Source: Alphaproteobacteria bacterium (lineage in GTDB: Bacteria > Pseudomonadota > Alphaproteobacteria > UBA9219). From it: 64,000 bases of DNA. Within the stretch, counting starts at the first letter, position 1, and every line of letters starts with the position of its first letter. This document shows positions 50,620 through 61,585 of the stretch, piece by piece. The notes below the pieces were generated by a model, which was not told the DNA's origin, did no database searches, and was given only the letters and a program-made list of their open reading frames with translations. A program made the position numbers and the translations under genes. Location: assembly GCA_009779135.1 (NCBI GenBank), contig WREW01000001.1, positions 173,498 through 237,497 of the forward strand, written 5' to 3'.

Positions 50620-51953
50620 GCACAGAGCGCAAACTTTTCGGCACGGACGGCATCCGTGGCCGCTCCAATGAAGAGCCTATGACGGCCACAACAGCCCTGC
50701 GCGTGGCCATGGCGACCGCGCAGTTTTTCCGGCGCGGCGAACATCGCCACCGCGTTGTGATCGGCAAGGATACGCGCCTTTCGGGTTATATGCTGGAGCC
50801 GGCCTTGACGGCGGGTTTTATCGCGCAAGGCATGGATGTAATTCTGCTCGGCCCGATCCCCACGCCGGCGGTGGCGCTTTTGACCAAGAGTCTAAGGGCG
50901 GATCTGGGCGTGATGATTTCAGCCTCGCATAATCCTTATGAGGATAACGGCATCAAGCTTTTCGGCCCCGATGGCCGCAAGCTTTCCGATGCGATCGAAC
51001 TTCAGATTGAAGCCTTGATGGATGAAGACGTAACCCTTGTGGATTCGTCCGCGCTCGGCAAGGCGGCGCGTCTTGAAGACGCTTTGGGAAGATATGTTGA
51101 GTTTGTCAAAATGACTTTTCCTCATGGCCTGCGCCTTGACGGGTTGAAAATCGCCATTGATTGCGCCAATGGCGCGGCCTACAAAGTCGCGCCTTCCGTT
51201 TTGTGGGAGCTGGGCGCTGAGGTTATCCCCTTGGGGGTCGAGCCGAACGGTCGCAACATCAACCGCAAATGCGGCGCCACGGACATAGGCCTGCTGCGTG
51301 AAAGCGTGCTTTTGCACGGCGCGGATGTCGGTATCGCTTTGGATGGCGATGCGGATCGCCTGATGATGGTGGATGAAAAAGGTCAGGTGATTGACGGCGA
51401 CCAAATGATGGCGCTGATTGCCCTTGAATGGAAGGAAAAAGGCCGGCTTAAAGAACAAGGCCTTGTCGCAACCGTCATGTCGAATCTCGGCCTTGAGCGC
51501 TTTTTAAACCAGCATGATCTGAAACTTTTCCGCACCAATGTGGGCGACCGTTATGTTTTGCAGGCCATGCAGGAATATGGCTACAATTTCGGCGGCGAAC
51601 AGTCGGGCCATATGATTTTCAATGATTATTCAACCACGGGCGACGGGCTTTTGGCGGCGCTTCAGGTGCTTGCCGTGATCTGTCGCCGTGGCCAACCGGC
51701 CAGCACGGTCTGCCGCCTTTTCGAGCCGGTTCCGCAAAGGATGAAAAGCATTTACACAACAAAAGATGTTTTAAACGATCCTGCTTTTCAAAAGGCCGTT
51801 AAAGCCGCAGAAAAAGCGCTTGACGGCACAGGCCGCCTGCTGGTTCGCAAATCCGGCACAGAAGCGCTTATCCGCATCATGGCCGAAGGCGACGACGAAG
51901 CCTTGGTCGAAAAACAAGTCGATGATCTCGCCGCGCTTGCGGAAAAAATATGA
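50616..51953 (+). CDS. glmM: phosphoglucosamine mutase
   Basis: FGTDGIRG N-terminus and SASHNP phosphoserine loop. Confidence 0.9.
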   Translation: MSTERKLFGTDGIRGRSNEEPMTATTALRVAMATAQFFRRGEHRHRVVIGKDTRLSGYMLEPALTAGFIAQGMDVILLGPIPTPAVALLTKSLRADLGVMISASHNPYEDNGIKLFGPDGRKLSDAIELQIEALMDEDVTLVDSSALGKAARLEDALGRYVEFVKMTFPHGLRLDGLKIAIDCANGAAYKVAPSVLWELGAEVIPLGVEPNGRNINRKCGATDIGLLRESVLLHGADVGIALDGDADRLMMVDEKGQVIDGDQMMALIALEWKEKGRLKEQGLVATVMSNLGLERFLNQHDLKLFRTNVGDRYVLQAMQEYGYNFGGEQSGHMIFNDYSTTGDGLLAALQVLAVICRRGQPASTVCRLFEPVPQRMKSIYTTKDVLNDPAFQKAVKAAEKALDGTGRLLVRKSGTEALIRIMAEGDDEALVEKQVDDLAALAEKI

Positions 51954-51956
51954 GAT

Positions 51957-52472
51957 TTAAGCCCGCTTGCCGGAATCGCGCTTCTTGAGCAGCGCCTTAT
52001 AAACGCTTTCGCCGACAAAAGGCGCGACATCGCCGCCCAGAAGGGCGATTTCCTTGACGAAACGCGAGGATATAAATTGATGGCGGTCTGAAGCCATCAA
52101 AAAGACCGTCTCAATATCATAGCAAAGATAATGATTCATCCCCGCCATCTGAAACTCATATTCAAAATCAGAAACGGCGCGCAGGCCGCGAATGACAAGA
52201 TCCGCGTCAATCTCCTTGGCAAAATGGACAAGAAGATTGTCAAAGGTCTGCACCTCAATCGCCGCGCCCTTATCCACCAAAGACTGCACTTCCGCCTGCA
52301 CAAGTTTGACGCGCGTTTTGGAATCAAACATCGGACCCTTGCCGGCATTCTGGGCCACGCCGATCACCAAATGATCGACAAGTTTGGTGGCGCGCGCGAT
52401 GATTTCATAGTGCCCGCGCGTGATCGGATCGAAAGTTCCGGCATAAAGGCCTTTGCGGAGTTTGCGTCTCAT
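51957..52472 (-). CDS. coaD: phosphopantetheine adenylyltransferase
   Basis: [10 protein letters not shown] nucleotidyltransferase motif. 171 aa. Confidence 0.85.
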   Translation of the reverse strand: MRRKLRKGLYAGTFDPITRGHYEIIARATKLVDHLVIGVAQNAGKGPMFDSKTRVKLVQAEVQSLVDKGAAIEVQTFDNLLVHFAKEIDADLVIRGLRAVSDFEYEFQMAGMNHYLCYDIETVFLMASDRHQFISSRFVKEIALLGGDVAPFVGESVYKALLKKRDSGKRA

Positions 52473-55189
52473 GCCGTCTGCTCCTCGCCGTTATTGTCCG
52501 TTTCGTCCGCCTCAAGCGCTGCCACCGCGACGACTTTTTCGCCATCATCAATTCTGAAAAGGATTACCCCTTGCGAAGCGCGCCCCGTGATGCGCACGTC
52601 ATGGATAGGCATGCGGATAAGCTTGCCGCCGTCCGTGACCATCATGATTTCCTGACTCTGAAGCACGGGGAAAGTCGCCACGACATGATCGCCGCGCTTG
52701 GCAAGATTCATATTGGCAATCCCCATCCCGCCGCGTCCGGAGGCGCGATAGGCATAAGAGGATGTTCGTTTGCCAAAGCCTCGGTCGGAAACGGTTAAAA
52801 GGAACTGCTCTTTTTCCTCAAGCTCTTTATAGCGGCCTGAGTCGAGCACGAGCGCGCTTTCCTCTTCAGCCTCATCCTCCGCCGTCGTCTCTTCCGCCGC
52901 CATCATCAAAGCGCGCCGTTGTTTAAGATAAGCCGCACGTTCCTCGGCTGAGGCATCGACATGCCCGAGAATGGACATGGACATCACCGCATCATCCTTG
53001 CCGAGCTTGATGCCGCGCACACCGGTTGAAGTACGTCCCGCAAACACGCGCACATCCTCGGCAGGAAAACGAATGGCGCGTCCCAGTTTTGTCGCAAGAA
53101 CGATGTCATCATGCGGCTCACAAGTGCGCACGGCAATGAGCTGATCGCCCTCTTCAAGCTTCATCGCAATCAGGCCGCTGGCGCGCACATTCTGAAAATC
53201 AGAAAGCTTGTTGCGCCGTACGGTGCCCGCCGCCGTGGTGAAAACAATATAGAGCTGATCCCACGCGCTTTCATCTTCGGGAAGATGCAAAGTGGTTGAG
53301 ATGCTTTCCCCTGGCTCCAGCGGCAAAAGATTGACCAAAGCCTTGCCCCGCGCTTGGGGCGTGCTTAAAGGAAGCTTATAGACTTTAAGCTTATAGACCT
53401 TCCCACGAGTCGAGAAAAACAGCATGGGCGTGTGCGTATTGGCGACAAAAATGTCCGAGACAAAATCCTCGTCCTTGGTGCTCATCCCCGCGCGGCCTTT
53501 GCCGCCACGGCGCTGCGCGCGATAGGTGGAAAGCGGCACCCGCTTGGCGTAACCCGAAAGCGAGATTGTGACGACCATCTCCTCGCGCTGAATCAGAGCT
53601 TCGACGTCTTCCTCATATTCCTGCGCTTCGATGTCTGTGCGCCGTGGCGTGGCAAAACGCTCGCGCACGGCCTCAATCTCCTCTTTCATAATCATCAGAA
53701 TGCGCGGGCGGTTGGCCAAAATATCAAGATAATCTTTAATTTGCGCCACAACAGCGTGAAGATCATGGCCGATTTTGTCGCGCTCAAGCCCCGTCAGCCG
53801 GTGAAGCCGCAGATCCAAAATCGCTTTGGCCTGCGTTTCGGACATTTTATAGCTGTTGTTTTCCGCAAGCTTGCCTTCATCCACCAGCGCGATTAAAGGC
53901 GCAATGCTCTCAGCCGGCCAGTCCCGCGCCAAAAGCTGCTGCTTGGCCACAAGGGGATCGGCGGCCTTGCGGATCAAAGCAATCACCTCATCAATATTGG
54001 CCACGGCCACCGCAAGACCCAGCAAAATATGCGCCCGCGCGCGTGCTTGTTTAAGTTCGAAGATCGTGCGCCTTGTGATGACTTCCTCGCGGAAAGCGAT
54101 AAAGGCCGTCAGCACATCGCGCAAAGACATTTGCTCAGGCCGCCCCTTGTTAAGGGCCAGCATATTGACGCCAAAGCTTGTTTGGAGCGGCGTATGTTTG
54201 AAAAGCTGGCTTAGAACGACATCGGCCACAGCCTCGCGTTTAAGCTCGATCACAATGCGCACGCCGTCACGGTCTGACTCGTCACGAAGATCGGAAATGC
54301 CTTCAAGCGTTTTGTTTTGAACATTCTCCGCAATAATTTCAATCAGGCGCTTTTTGTTCTGCTGGTAGGGAACTTCCGTCACCACAATCGCAAAACGATC
54401 CTTGCGTATTTCTTCGATGGATGTGCGTGCGCGCATGACGATACTGCCGCGCCCCGTCATTTCCGCCGCGCGGCATCCCGCATAACCCAAAATCAACCCG
54501 CCTGTAGGAAAATCAGGGCCCGGAACCAAAGATAAAAGTTCGTCATGGCTGAGGGAGGGATTATCAATCAGCGCCACAGTTGCCGCGCAAACCTCGCCCA
54601 GATTATGGGGCGGAATATTCGTGGCCATGCCGACAGCAATGCCGCCCGCCCCATTGACAAGGAGATTGGGATAACGCGCCGGCAGCACCACAGGCTCCAG
54701 CGTGATTTCGTCATAATTAGGTTGGAAATTGACGGTCTCTTTTTCAATATCATCCAAAAGCGTTTCGGCAACCTTAGCTAAACGCGCTTCGGTATAACGC
54801 ATGGCGGCCGCAGGATCGCCGTCCATCGAGCCGAAATTGCCCTGTCCGTCCACAAGGGGAAGGCGCATTGAAAAATCCTGCGCCATACGCACCATAGCGT
54901 CATAAATGGCGGCGTCACCATGCGGGTGATATTTACCCATGACGTCACCGACAATGCGCGCCGATTTTTTATAGGGCTTGCCGCTGTCATATCCGCCTTC
55001 CTTCATGGCGTATAAAATGCGCCGGTGAACAGGCTTGAGGCCGTCACGCACATCCGGCAAAGCGCGGCTTACGATCACGCTCATGGCATAATCAAGGTAT
55101 GAGCGGCGCATCTCATCTTCAATAGTAACGGGAAGAACAACAGAAACCGGCGCAGCTTTTTCAGCGTCAGGGGAAGAGGAATCAGTCAA
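52469..55189 (-). CDS. gyrA: DNA gyrase subunit A
   Basis: 906 aa. Active-site Tyr region ([11 protein letters not shown]). GyrA-box-bearing C-terminal beta-pinwheel. Confidence 0.9.
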   Translation of the reverse strand: MTDSSSPDAEKAAPVSVVLPVTIEDEMRRSYLDYAMSVIVSRALPDVRDGLKPVHRRILYAMKEGGYDSGKPYKKSARIVGDVMGKYHPHGDAAIYDAMVRMAQDFSMRLPLVDGQGNFGSMDGDPAAAMRYTEARLAKVAETLLDDIEKETVNFQPNYDEITLEPVVLPARYPNLLVNGAGGIAVGMATNIPPHNLGEVCAATVALIDNPSLSHDELLSLVPGPDFPTGGLILGYAGCRAAEMTGRGSIVMRARTSIEEIRKDRFAIVVTEVPYQQNKKRLIEIIAENVQNKTLEGISDLRDESDRDGVRIVIELKREAVADVVLSQLFKHTPLQTSFGVNMLALNKGRPEQMSLRDVLTAFIAFREEVITRRTIFELKQARARAHILLGLAVAVANIDEVIALIRKAADPLVAKQQLLARDWPAESIAPLIALVDEGKLAENNSYKMSETQAKAILDLRLHRLTGLERDKIGHDLHAVVAQIKDYLDILANRPRILMIMKEEIEAVRERFATPRRTDIEAQEYEEDVEALIQREEMVVTISLSGYAKRVPLSTYRAQRRGGKGRAGMSTKDEDFVSDIFVANTHTPMLFFSTRGKVYKLKVYKLPLSTPQARGKALVNLLPLEPGESISTTLHLPEDESAWDQLYIVFTTAAGTVRRNKLSDFQNVRASGLIAMKLEEGDQLIAVRTCEPHDDIVLATKLGRAIRFPAEDVRVFAGRTSTGVRGIKLGKDDAVMSMSILGHVDASAEERAAYLKQRRALMMAAEETTAEDEAEEESALVLDSGRYKELEEKEQFLLTVSDRGFGKRTSSYAYRASGRGGMGIANMNLAKRGDHVVATFPVLQSQEIMMVTDGGKLIRMPIHDVRITGRASQGVILFRIDDGEKVVAVAALEADETDNNGEEQTA

Positions 55190-55300
55190 GGGAACACCTA
55201 AATGCTATGTCATTGTTTTTCATCAAAGGGTCTGTCTTTATCAATCTAGCATTTTGTGCCCCAAACACCAAACAAAAAAAACAGATAAAGGTAATATTTT

Positions 55301-56167
55301 TCAATGTGTTACGTGATGAGCTCGCAAACTTCCGACCCTTCCCAGAAAGGCTGAAACCAGCGCCCACAAACCGGCGATAAGAATAATGGCCGGCCCCGAG
55401 GGCACGCCGCCATGATAGGACAAAAGAAGCCCGCCATAAGCGCTGAAAACGCCGAAAATCATGGCTGAAAAAATCATGCTGTCAAGATCGCTGCACCAAA
55501 AGCGTGCCGCCAGCGCCGGCAAAATCATCAAGCCCAAAGCCATCAGCGTTCCCATGGTCTGGAAGGAAACGACAAGGCAAAGCATCAAAAGAAGAAAGAA
55601 CAGAAAATGACTTGTACTGCGGCTTTTCCCCGCGCCTTGCATAATGTGAAGAAAAACCGGATCAAACCCTTCGACAACAAGACGCCTGTAAAGCGCCGCC
55701 AGAGTTAAAAGCGCAAAACAACCGACGCCCGCGATCATGAAAAGCGAAGCGGGATCAATCGCCAGAACATGGCCGAAAAGAAGATGCATCAGCTCAAGCT
55801 GTCGGCCTTTAAGGGACATCAATATAACGCCGCAGGCCAGCGCCAGAAGATAAAGAAGCGTAAAAGCGGAATCCTCTTTAAGAGATGTCGCGCGCGTTAA
55901 AAACCCCGCCAGCACAGCCACCAAAAGCGCGGCGCAAAGCCCGCCCAGCGTCATGGCCCAAAGCGAAAAACCGGCTAGCAAAAACCCCACCGCCACACCC
56001 GGCAAAAGCGCATGCGCAATGGCATCGCCCACAAGCGTCATGCGGCGCAGCGCAAGAAAGACGCCGAAAGGTGTTGTGGTGATCGCCAGAACAAGCGCCG
56101 CGACAAGCGCGCGTTTCATAAAGACATGTTCAAAAAAAGGATCAAGGAAAAAGGCAGAAAGATTCAT
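55301..56167 (-). CDS. znuB: zinc ABC transporter permease
   Basis: ABC-3 family polytopic permease, operonic with znuC. Confidence 0.8.
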   Translation of the reverse strand: MNLSAFFLDPFFEHVFMKRALVAALVLAITTTPFGVFLALRRMTLVGDAIAHALLPGVAVGFLLAGFSLWAMTLGGLCAALLVAVLAGFLTRATSLKEDSAFTLLYLLALACGVILMSLKGRQLELMHLLFGHVLAIDPASLFMIAGVGCFALLTLAALYRRLVVEGFDPVFLHIMQGAGKSRSTSHFLFFLLLMLCLVVSFQTMGTLMALGLMILPALAARFWCSDLDSMIFSAMIFGVFSAYGGLLLSYHGGVPSGPAIILIAGLWALVSAFLGRVGSLRAHHVTH

Positions 56168-56931
56168 GCCGAGATCCTTGTCTCAAAATCGGAAAAAAGA
56201 ATCTTTTGCTCCAACAGATCATGCGTTAAGCCCTTGCCGATGCAGTGATGGCATAGCACGAAAGCCTCAGGAAAATAGCGGCGGATCACCAAAGGATCAT
56301 GCAGAACGCAAAGAATAGTCCGCCCCTGCCTATGCCAGGCAAGAAGCCGCTCCATAAGCTGCGCGGTTGTTTTTGTGTCGATGCCGGAGAAAGGCTCATC
56401 CAAAAGGATCAGCGCGGGATCCTGCACAATCAGCCGCGCAAACAAAAGCCTTTGAAACTGCCCGCCGGAAAGCGCGCTGAGCGGGCGTTTTTCAAACCCT
56501 TCAAGCCCGACCTCGTGCAAAGCTTCAAGCGCCCGCTGTTTCAAAGTGGGCGTAATGGCGTGGTGCGCGCCGGCCTGCGGCCAGAAGCCTGTGTAAACGG
56601 CCTTTAAAACATGAAGGGGATAATCGCGCCTCACCGTGCTGGTTTGCGGCATATACCCCACAGCGCCCTGTGAAAAGGAACAGCTCACGCGCCCCTTTTG
56701 CGGCTTAAGGAGACCGGCGATGATCTGGAGCAAAGTGCTTTTTCCGGCGCCGTTAGGGCCCGTCAAAGCCGTCAGCGACCCCGGCAGGAATTGGCCGCTG
56801 ACATCCTGCAAGGCGCTTTGCGCCCCGTAGGCGTAAGAAACATGCTCAAGCGTCAGTTTAGGCCCGATCATCTTAAACCGCCCAGAACACAAGGGCGAGC
56901 GCCAAGAGACAGAAAAGGCTTGCAACGCCAA
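56164..56931 (-). CDS. znuC: zinc ABC transporter ATP-binding protein
   Basis: Walker A GPNGAGKST, signature LSGGQFQR, Walker B ILLDEP. Alternative start at 56871. Confidence 0.8.
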   Translation of the reverse strand: MALQAFSVSWRSPLCSGRFKMIGPKLTLEHVSYAYGAQSALQDVSGQFLPGSLTALTGPNGAGKSTLLQIIAGLLKPQKGRVSCSFSQGAVGYMPQTSTVRRDYPLHVLKAVYTGFWPQAGAHHAITPTLKQRALEALHEVGLEGFEKRPLSALSGGQFQRLLFARLIVQDPALILLDEPFSGIDTKTTAQLMERLLAWHRQGRTILCVLHDPLVIRRYFPEAFVLCHHCIGKGLTHDLLEQKILFSDFETRISA

Positions 56932-56975
56932 GACGCGCGGTCAGACTTTTTTCAAACATCAACATATCCTGATTT

Positions 56976-56993
56976 TTCTGAACCGCTATGTTA
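56976..56993. promoter_or_regulatory. putative Zur box in znuCB/znuA divergent intergenic region
   Basis: Perfect 12-bp palindrome ATGTTATAACAT (56979-56990) with partially palindromic flanks, between the divergently oriented znuC and znuA. Confidence 0.55.
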
Positions 56994-57032
56994 TAACATG
57001 GCAGGATCAAAAAAAGAAAGCGTGAAAAACTT

Positions 57033-57941
57033 ATGAAAAAAACTCAAAAATACGGCCTTTTCCTCTTTTTTCTCTTGGGTTTTTACGGCGCGGGAGGGCC
57101 TCTTTATGCGCAGCAGCCCGTTCGCGTTGTGGCAAGCTTTTCCATTCTCGGCGATATGGTGGCGCAGATCGGGGGGGCAGAGGTTGCGCTGACGACTCTG
57201 GTAGGCCCCGCGCAGGACCCTCACAGCTTTGATCCTGTGCCCGCGCAGGTGAGCGCCTTGACGCAGGCGGAGATTATCGTCATCAACGGCCTGCACTTTG
57301 AGCCTTGGATGAACCGCCTGATTAAAGCTTCACAGACAAAAGCCAAGCTTCTTGTCGCTTCAGCCAAAATCAAGCCGCTCTATCTTCAGGGTGATGAGAA
57401 AATCCCCGACCCCCATGCTTGGCAGGATCTTGAGATGGCGCAGCAATATGTGCGCAATATAGCCTCAGCCCTGATAGCCGCCCGTCCGGACAAGGCTGAG
57501 ATTTTCAGGCAAAGAGCCAAGCAGTATAATGAACGCCTGCAAACACTTCACACGCAGGCTAAAGAAGCGTTTGACGCCATCCCACCCGTTTTGCGCAAGG
57601 CGGTCACAGATCATCAGGCCTTTAATTATCTGGGCGCGGCCTATGGCGTGGATTTTTATGCGCTGCAAGGCGTGGACACGCATGACCAGCCGACTTATGC
57701 CGACATCAAGCGTCTGACGGATCTTATCGCAAAGAAAAATATCAAGCTTGCTTTCACGCAAGCCATGACCGACCCACGGCTTTTAAAGCAAATAGTCGAG
57801 GCAACAGGCCTAACCCTTGCCGGTGAACTTTATGCGGACGCGCTAAGCGAGCCTCAAGGCCGCGCAGGCACTTATGAGGCCATGATGCGCGCCAATTTAA
57901 GGACTATTCTCACCGCTCTGGGCCAAAAGCCTGATTTTTAG
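57033..57941 (+). CDS. znuA: zinc ABC transporter periplasmic substrate-binding protein
   Basis: Signal peptide; TroA-like SBP with His/Asp-rich metal-site residues. Confidence 0.8.
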   Translation: MKKTQKYGLFLFFLLGFYGAGGPLYAQQPVRVVASFSILGDMVAQIGGAEVALTTLVGPAQDPHSFDPVPAQVSALTQAEIIVINGLHFEPWMNRLIKASQTKAKLLVASAKIKPLYLQGDEKIPDPHAWQDLEMAQQYVRNIASALIAARPDKAEIFRQRAKQYNERLQTLHTQAKEAFDAIPPVLRKAVTDHQAFNYLGAAYGVDFYALQGVDTHDQPTYADIKRLTDLIAKKNIKLAFTQAMTDPRLLKQIVEATGLTLAGELYADALSEPQGRAGTYEAMMRANLRTILTALGQKPDF

Positions 57942-58009
57942 CGCGTATTTTTATTTTTCTATTGACCTGAAAGCTAAGGCTTTCTAGTTTGGCGTCTTGT
58001 CTTTTCCAA

Positions 58010-58085
58010 GACCTCGTAGCTCAGCTGGTAGAGCATTTGACTTTTAATCAAAGGGTCGCGGGTTCGAATCCCGCCGAGGTCACCA
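58010..58085 (+). tRNA. tRNA-Lys (anticodon UUU)
   Basis: GACCTCGTAGCTCAGCTGGTAGAGCATTTGACTTTTAATCAAAGGGTCGCGGGTTCGAATCCCGCCGAGGTCACCA. Confidence 0.9.
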
Positions 58086-58099
58086 GAGAAGAGCTACGC

Positions 58100-59443
58100 C
58101 TATTCAATATCCAGCAGCCATTTCAATACATTTAGGTGCTGGATTCCGCCGTAGTCGTTATTGTTGGTATCTCGGGTTAGGATAAACTTCGGATGATGGT
58201 CTTTGATTGCTTCGAGTGACGCAAGTTCGCGAGCAAGCGTGGTTTCATCCATCACGCTTTGGGCAACCTGATAATATTCTGTTTTTCCGCCTTCCTTTTG
58301 CGCCACAAAATCTATTTCTATATCGCCGGTTTTGGTTTCTATTTTGCCAACCTCAACCTTATTATATCCACGCCGTAAAAGTTCCAGATACACAATGTTT
58401 TCTAATACATGTCCGGCATCCTTGTTCGGCGCACCGCCAAGCAAATGATAGCGTAACCCCATATCTACAGCATAATATTTAGCTTTCGGGCGAAGCATCT
58501 TTTTCCCAAAGCGCTGAACCTCAGCTTTATAGAACAAGAAACTGTCAAGAAGTGCCTGAAGATATGTTTCAAGCATGGGGGCGTAAAAAGTCTTGCCTGA
58601 TTTCAATTCGTCATTTATCACATTTTTCATGTTATTTATGGATGTTTCGCTCCCTATATTGCTGAACATAAAATTGATAACGCGCGTAAGTTGAGGCAGT
58701 TCTTTTACCCCTTCATGTGTCATGATGTCGCGCGTAAGGATACTGTTGTAGATATTATCAAGGTATTCGCGGATGGCTCCTCCATCCCAACGAGTCTCTA
58801 TAAGCTCAGCTAAACCGCCCTGCAGAGTCATGCCAAAACCCACTGGAAAGGGATTTGGATAGACATAAGTAAGAGCTTCAGGAAACGAGCTGTGTTCAAG
58901 ATAAAATTGAAATATCATATCCCAACCAAGGTGTGGAGTGGGATTCCTATGGATTTTTTTGTAATACGCCTCTCCATATTCCTTAAACGACAAGGGAAAC
59001 ATATGGATTTGAATATACCGCCCGCTAAGGATTTTAGGCAGATTATGGGGTAGAATTTGTGCGTTTGAGCCTGTCACATATAAATCCAGATTATCTCTCA
59101 GGCGCAGACTATTTATAACATCGGCAAAATCGGAAACCAATTGTACCTCATCCAAAAATACATAGACAAGTTTCTCTGCCTTTTCAGCATACTCTTTTAC
59201 AAACTTGTGTAAGGCCATACCGTCCCGAAGCGCCTTATTGTCCAAATTTTCGAGTTTTATGACAAGGATTTGGTCATCTGTTATGCCATTGGATTTAAGC
59301 TTCTCTGTATATATGTCAAACAGAGTAGATTTTCCGCAACGCCGGACGCCCGTTACGATCTTGATAAGATCTGTTTGCTCCGTGTGCCTTTCCAGTTTGG
59401 CAAGGTAGTCGGGGCGTGGGATAAGGGTTTGCATCTTGGTCAT
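58100..59443 (-). CDS. AAA+ ATPase (AAA_14 domain) with C-terminal DUF4143
   Basis: Walker A GVRRCGKST, Walker B VFLDEV. Low-GC codon usage. Immediately downstream of tRNA-Lys. Confidence 0.75.
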   Translation of the reverse strand: MTKMQTLIPRPDYLAKLERHTEQTDLIKIVTGVRRCGKSTLFDIYTEKLKSNGITDDQILVIKLENLDNKALRDGMALHKFVKEYAEKAEKLVYVFLDEVQLVSDFADVINSLRLRDNLDLYVTGSNAQILPHNLPKILSGRYIQIHMFPLSFKEYGEAYYKKIHRNPTPHLGWDMIFQFYLEHSSFPEALTYVYPNPFPVGFGMTLQGGLAELIETRWDGGAIREYLDNIYNSILTRDIMTHEGVKELPQLTRVINFMFSNIGSETSINNMKNVINDELKSGKTFYAPMLETYLQALLDSFLFYKAEVQRFGKKMLRPKAKYYAVDMGLRYHLLGGAPNKDAGHVLENIVYLELLRRGYNKVEVGKIETKTGDIEIDFVAQKEGGKTEYYQVAQSVMDETTLARELASLEAIKDHHPKFILTRDTNNNDYGGIQHLNVLKWLLDIE

Positions 59444-59500
59444 TTGAGTCCCATTTGCTATTTTCTATGATTTTAGCAGATTTTTTGGAACAATCAAGAT

Positions 59501-59557
59501 ATTTCTACGAAAATCGTAGAAAAGAACAGTGTTTTTGCCCCTTTCTACGAAAATCGT
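59501..59557. promoter_or_regulatory. pair of 17-bp direct repeats with internal palindrome (putative operators)
   Basis: TTTCTACGAAAATCGTA occurs at 59501-59517 and again at 59541-59557 (40-bp spacing). Each contains CTACGAaaaTCGTAG. Located between the ATPase start and the phage-like module. Confidence 0.4.
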
Positions 59558-59772
59558 AAAAAACCACCCCAGGGCATCTATTTTTTCAAAGACATAAAGA
59601 AAGACGCCCACCCCACCAGCAAAAAAATCCCAACAAAGTAATTTTTTCCTTGACCTGGCCCCCGCCGCGTGCTATTGACAATACCAAGCGGAGCTATGTC
59701 CGCGTGACCAAAAGGCGTTTCCTCTTTGAGGAACGCCTTTTTTGTTTTGCAAAACAGGAAAGGAAAACCCCT

Positions 59773-60123
59773 ATGTCTTTGAAAGATACTTATATTTCGG
59801 CGCTTGAGACAATCAGCCTTGTCATGCCTGCCGGCAGCGCGCCCAGTGATCCGGTTAATCTTGGCGGCTTGCGCCTTTTTGCCATCGCGCTTTCTTCCGC
59901 TTTTACGGCCTGTTCTTTGACCTTCCAGATGTCGCCGGATGACGGACAAAGCTGGTTTGATCTTTTGGATCAGAACGGGCAGGAAGTCACCGCCACGGCC
60001 CTGCCGTCAAGCTGCGTGGTGCTGGAGCCCAAGCAGTTTGCTTGTCTGAAACATATACGCATCCGCTGCGGCACGGCGCAGGTGCAAGGCAGCACGATGA
60101 TGCTGGTGGCAAGGGCGGTGTAG
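59773..60123 (+). CDS. hypothetical protein (first gene of phage-tail-like module)
   Basis: SD aggaaagg before the ATG at 59773. 116 aa. Confidence 0.45.
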   Translation: MSLKDTYISALETISLVMPAGSAPSDPVNLGGLRLFAIALSSAFTACSLTFQMSPDDGQSWFDLLDQNGQEVTATALPSSCVVLEPKQFACLKHIRIRCGTAQVQGSTMMLVARAV

Positions 60124-60124
60124 C

Positions 60125-61342
60125 ATGAACCAGCTGCTTTTTGACAGCGCGGATACGCAGGCGGTTTCATGGTCTTTCCGCGCGGCACTGCCGCCTTCTT
60201 TGGCGCTGAGTCGCGCCACGGGCGCAAGCTGCGTGGATGAACAGGGCCTTATCAAAATGCTTGAGGTGAACAAGCCGCGCTTTGACTTTGATCCGGTCTC
60301 GCGTAAGGCGCGCGGCCTTCTTTTGGAATCGCAAAGCACAAATCTGGTCTGGCCCTCTGTCCCCGGCAGCGGTTATTCCCTGCAGCTGGCGTCTTTAACG
60401 CCTGCGCAGGAGAGTGCGCCGGACGGGACGCAGGCGGTTTTGTTTGCGGATGATTTTACTTCGGGCACGCATGATGCTTTGTCGGCAAGCATGACGGATT
60501 TTGAAACAGGTCAAACCTACACCGTAAGCATTTACGTCAAAGCGCAACAACAGACGGTTTTGCAGCTGCGTTTAAGTACCACGCTTTCGTCAGCGATGTA
60601 CGCAAACTTTGATGTAGCGCAAGGGCTGGTAAGCCGCGTGGCAGGCGGCGTTGAAGCCAAAATCGAACCGGCGGGCAGGGGATGGTATCGCTGCGTGATG
60701 ATCTTTACCGCGCAAGCAACCGTTAATGCGCGCACATTGGGGCTTAGTCTGACGGGCAGCAATCCTCAAGCCGTGCGCATGCCAAGCTATCTGGGAACGC
60801 AAACCGGTGTTTATATTTGGGGCGCGCAGTGCGAGGTCGGGTCTTTTGTGTCTTCTTACATTCCCACGACCAACATGATTGTGACGCGAGGCCGCGATAC
60901 ATTGGCAACAGGTGCCTTGTCATGGTTTAACCCTCAGCAGGGAACATTTTTGGTGGATTTCACTGATGTTCCCGCAGCATCCGGGACGCAAGCTTTTACG
61001 GCGCGTTTTTACGGAGACGGCACAAGCAATTTCATCGGCGTGACCAACAGCGGTTATGTGGGAGGAAATGTCCTGATGCAGATCTACAGCGCCGGAGCGT
61101 TGCAATGCCAGATCAACACGAACATCTCACCCGCGCAGAATGTAAAAGCGCTTGTGCGTTATAAACTGGGCGATCACGCTGTTTGCGTGAATGGACAGGA
61201 ACCTCAAGTCAGGACAACAGGCCTTTTGCCGGATCCCTTGCCGAATATGCTGGCCTTTCAGGGCGTGCGCATGCATTTGCGAGGCTTTCAATATTGGCGG
61301 CAGCCGCTTTCCAACAACGCGATGAAAAGGAAATCACAATGA
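60125..61342 (+). CDS. phage tail fiber-like / carbohydrate-binding beta-sandwich protein
   Basis: 405 aa, Ser/Thr/Gly/Ala-rich with beta-sandwich-like composition. Translationally coupled to flanking small ORFs. The family assignment is tentative. Confidence 0.4.
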   Translation: MNQLLFDSADTQAVSWSFRAALPPSLALSRATGASCVDEQGLIKMLEVNKPRFDFDPVSRKARGLLLESQSTNLVWPSVPGSGYSLQLASLTPAQESAPDGTQAVLFADDFTSGTHDALSASMTDFETGQTYTVSIYVKAQQQTVLQLRLSTTLSSAMYANFDVAQGLVSRVAGGVEAKIEPAGRGWYRCVMIFTAQATVNARTLGLSLTGSNPQAVRMPSYLGTQTGVYIWGAQCEVGSFVSSYIPTTNMIVTRGRDTLATGALSWFNPQQGTFLVDFTDVPAASGTQAFTARFYGDGTSNFIGVTNSGYVGGNVLMQIYSAGALQCQINTNISPAQNVKALVRYKLGDHAVCVNGQEPQVRTTGLLPDPLPNMLAFQGVRMHLRGFQYWRQPLSNNAMKRKSQ

Positions 61343-61581
61343 TCGACACATATCTCAAAGCCGGAGACAAAGAAGCGCTTTTGGCCTTGCAAGGTTTTTT
61401 AACCAACGTCACTTTGCCCCAACAAGGCCGCGCGGCCGGCGAAGAAGAAGGCCAAACAGCAGCAGGCGATCCCGTCTATTGGTATGTCTGCGTCCGCTTC
61501 CTAGCCGCCATCGCCCCCTTCGGCACAATTGAGGCCTGCACCCCGCAAGAGGGGAAAGCGGTGTGCGGCGTATGGACGTGA
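61339..61581 (+). CDS. small hypothetical protein
   Basis: ATGA overlap with the upstream gene. 80 aa. Confidence 0.4.
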   Translation: MIDTYLKAGDKEALLALQGFLTNVTLPQQGRAAGEEEGQTAAGDPVYWYVCVRFLAAIAPFGTIEACTPQEGKAVCGVWT

Positions 61582-61585
61582 GTTT

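Noticed and set aside
53432-54320. Plus-strand ORFs of 154 aa each
   Set aside because: They are antisense to gyrA.
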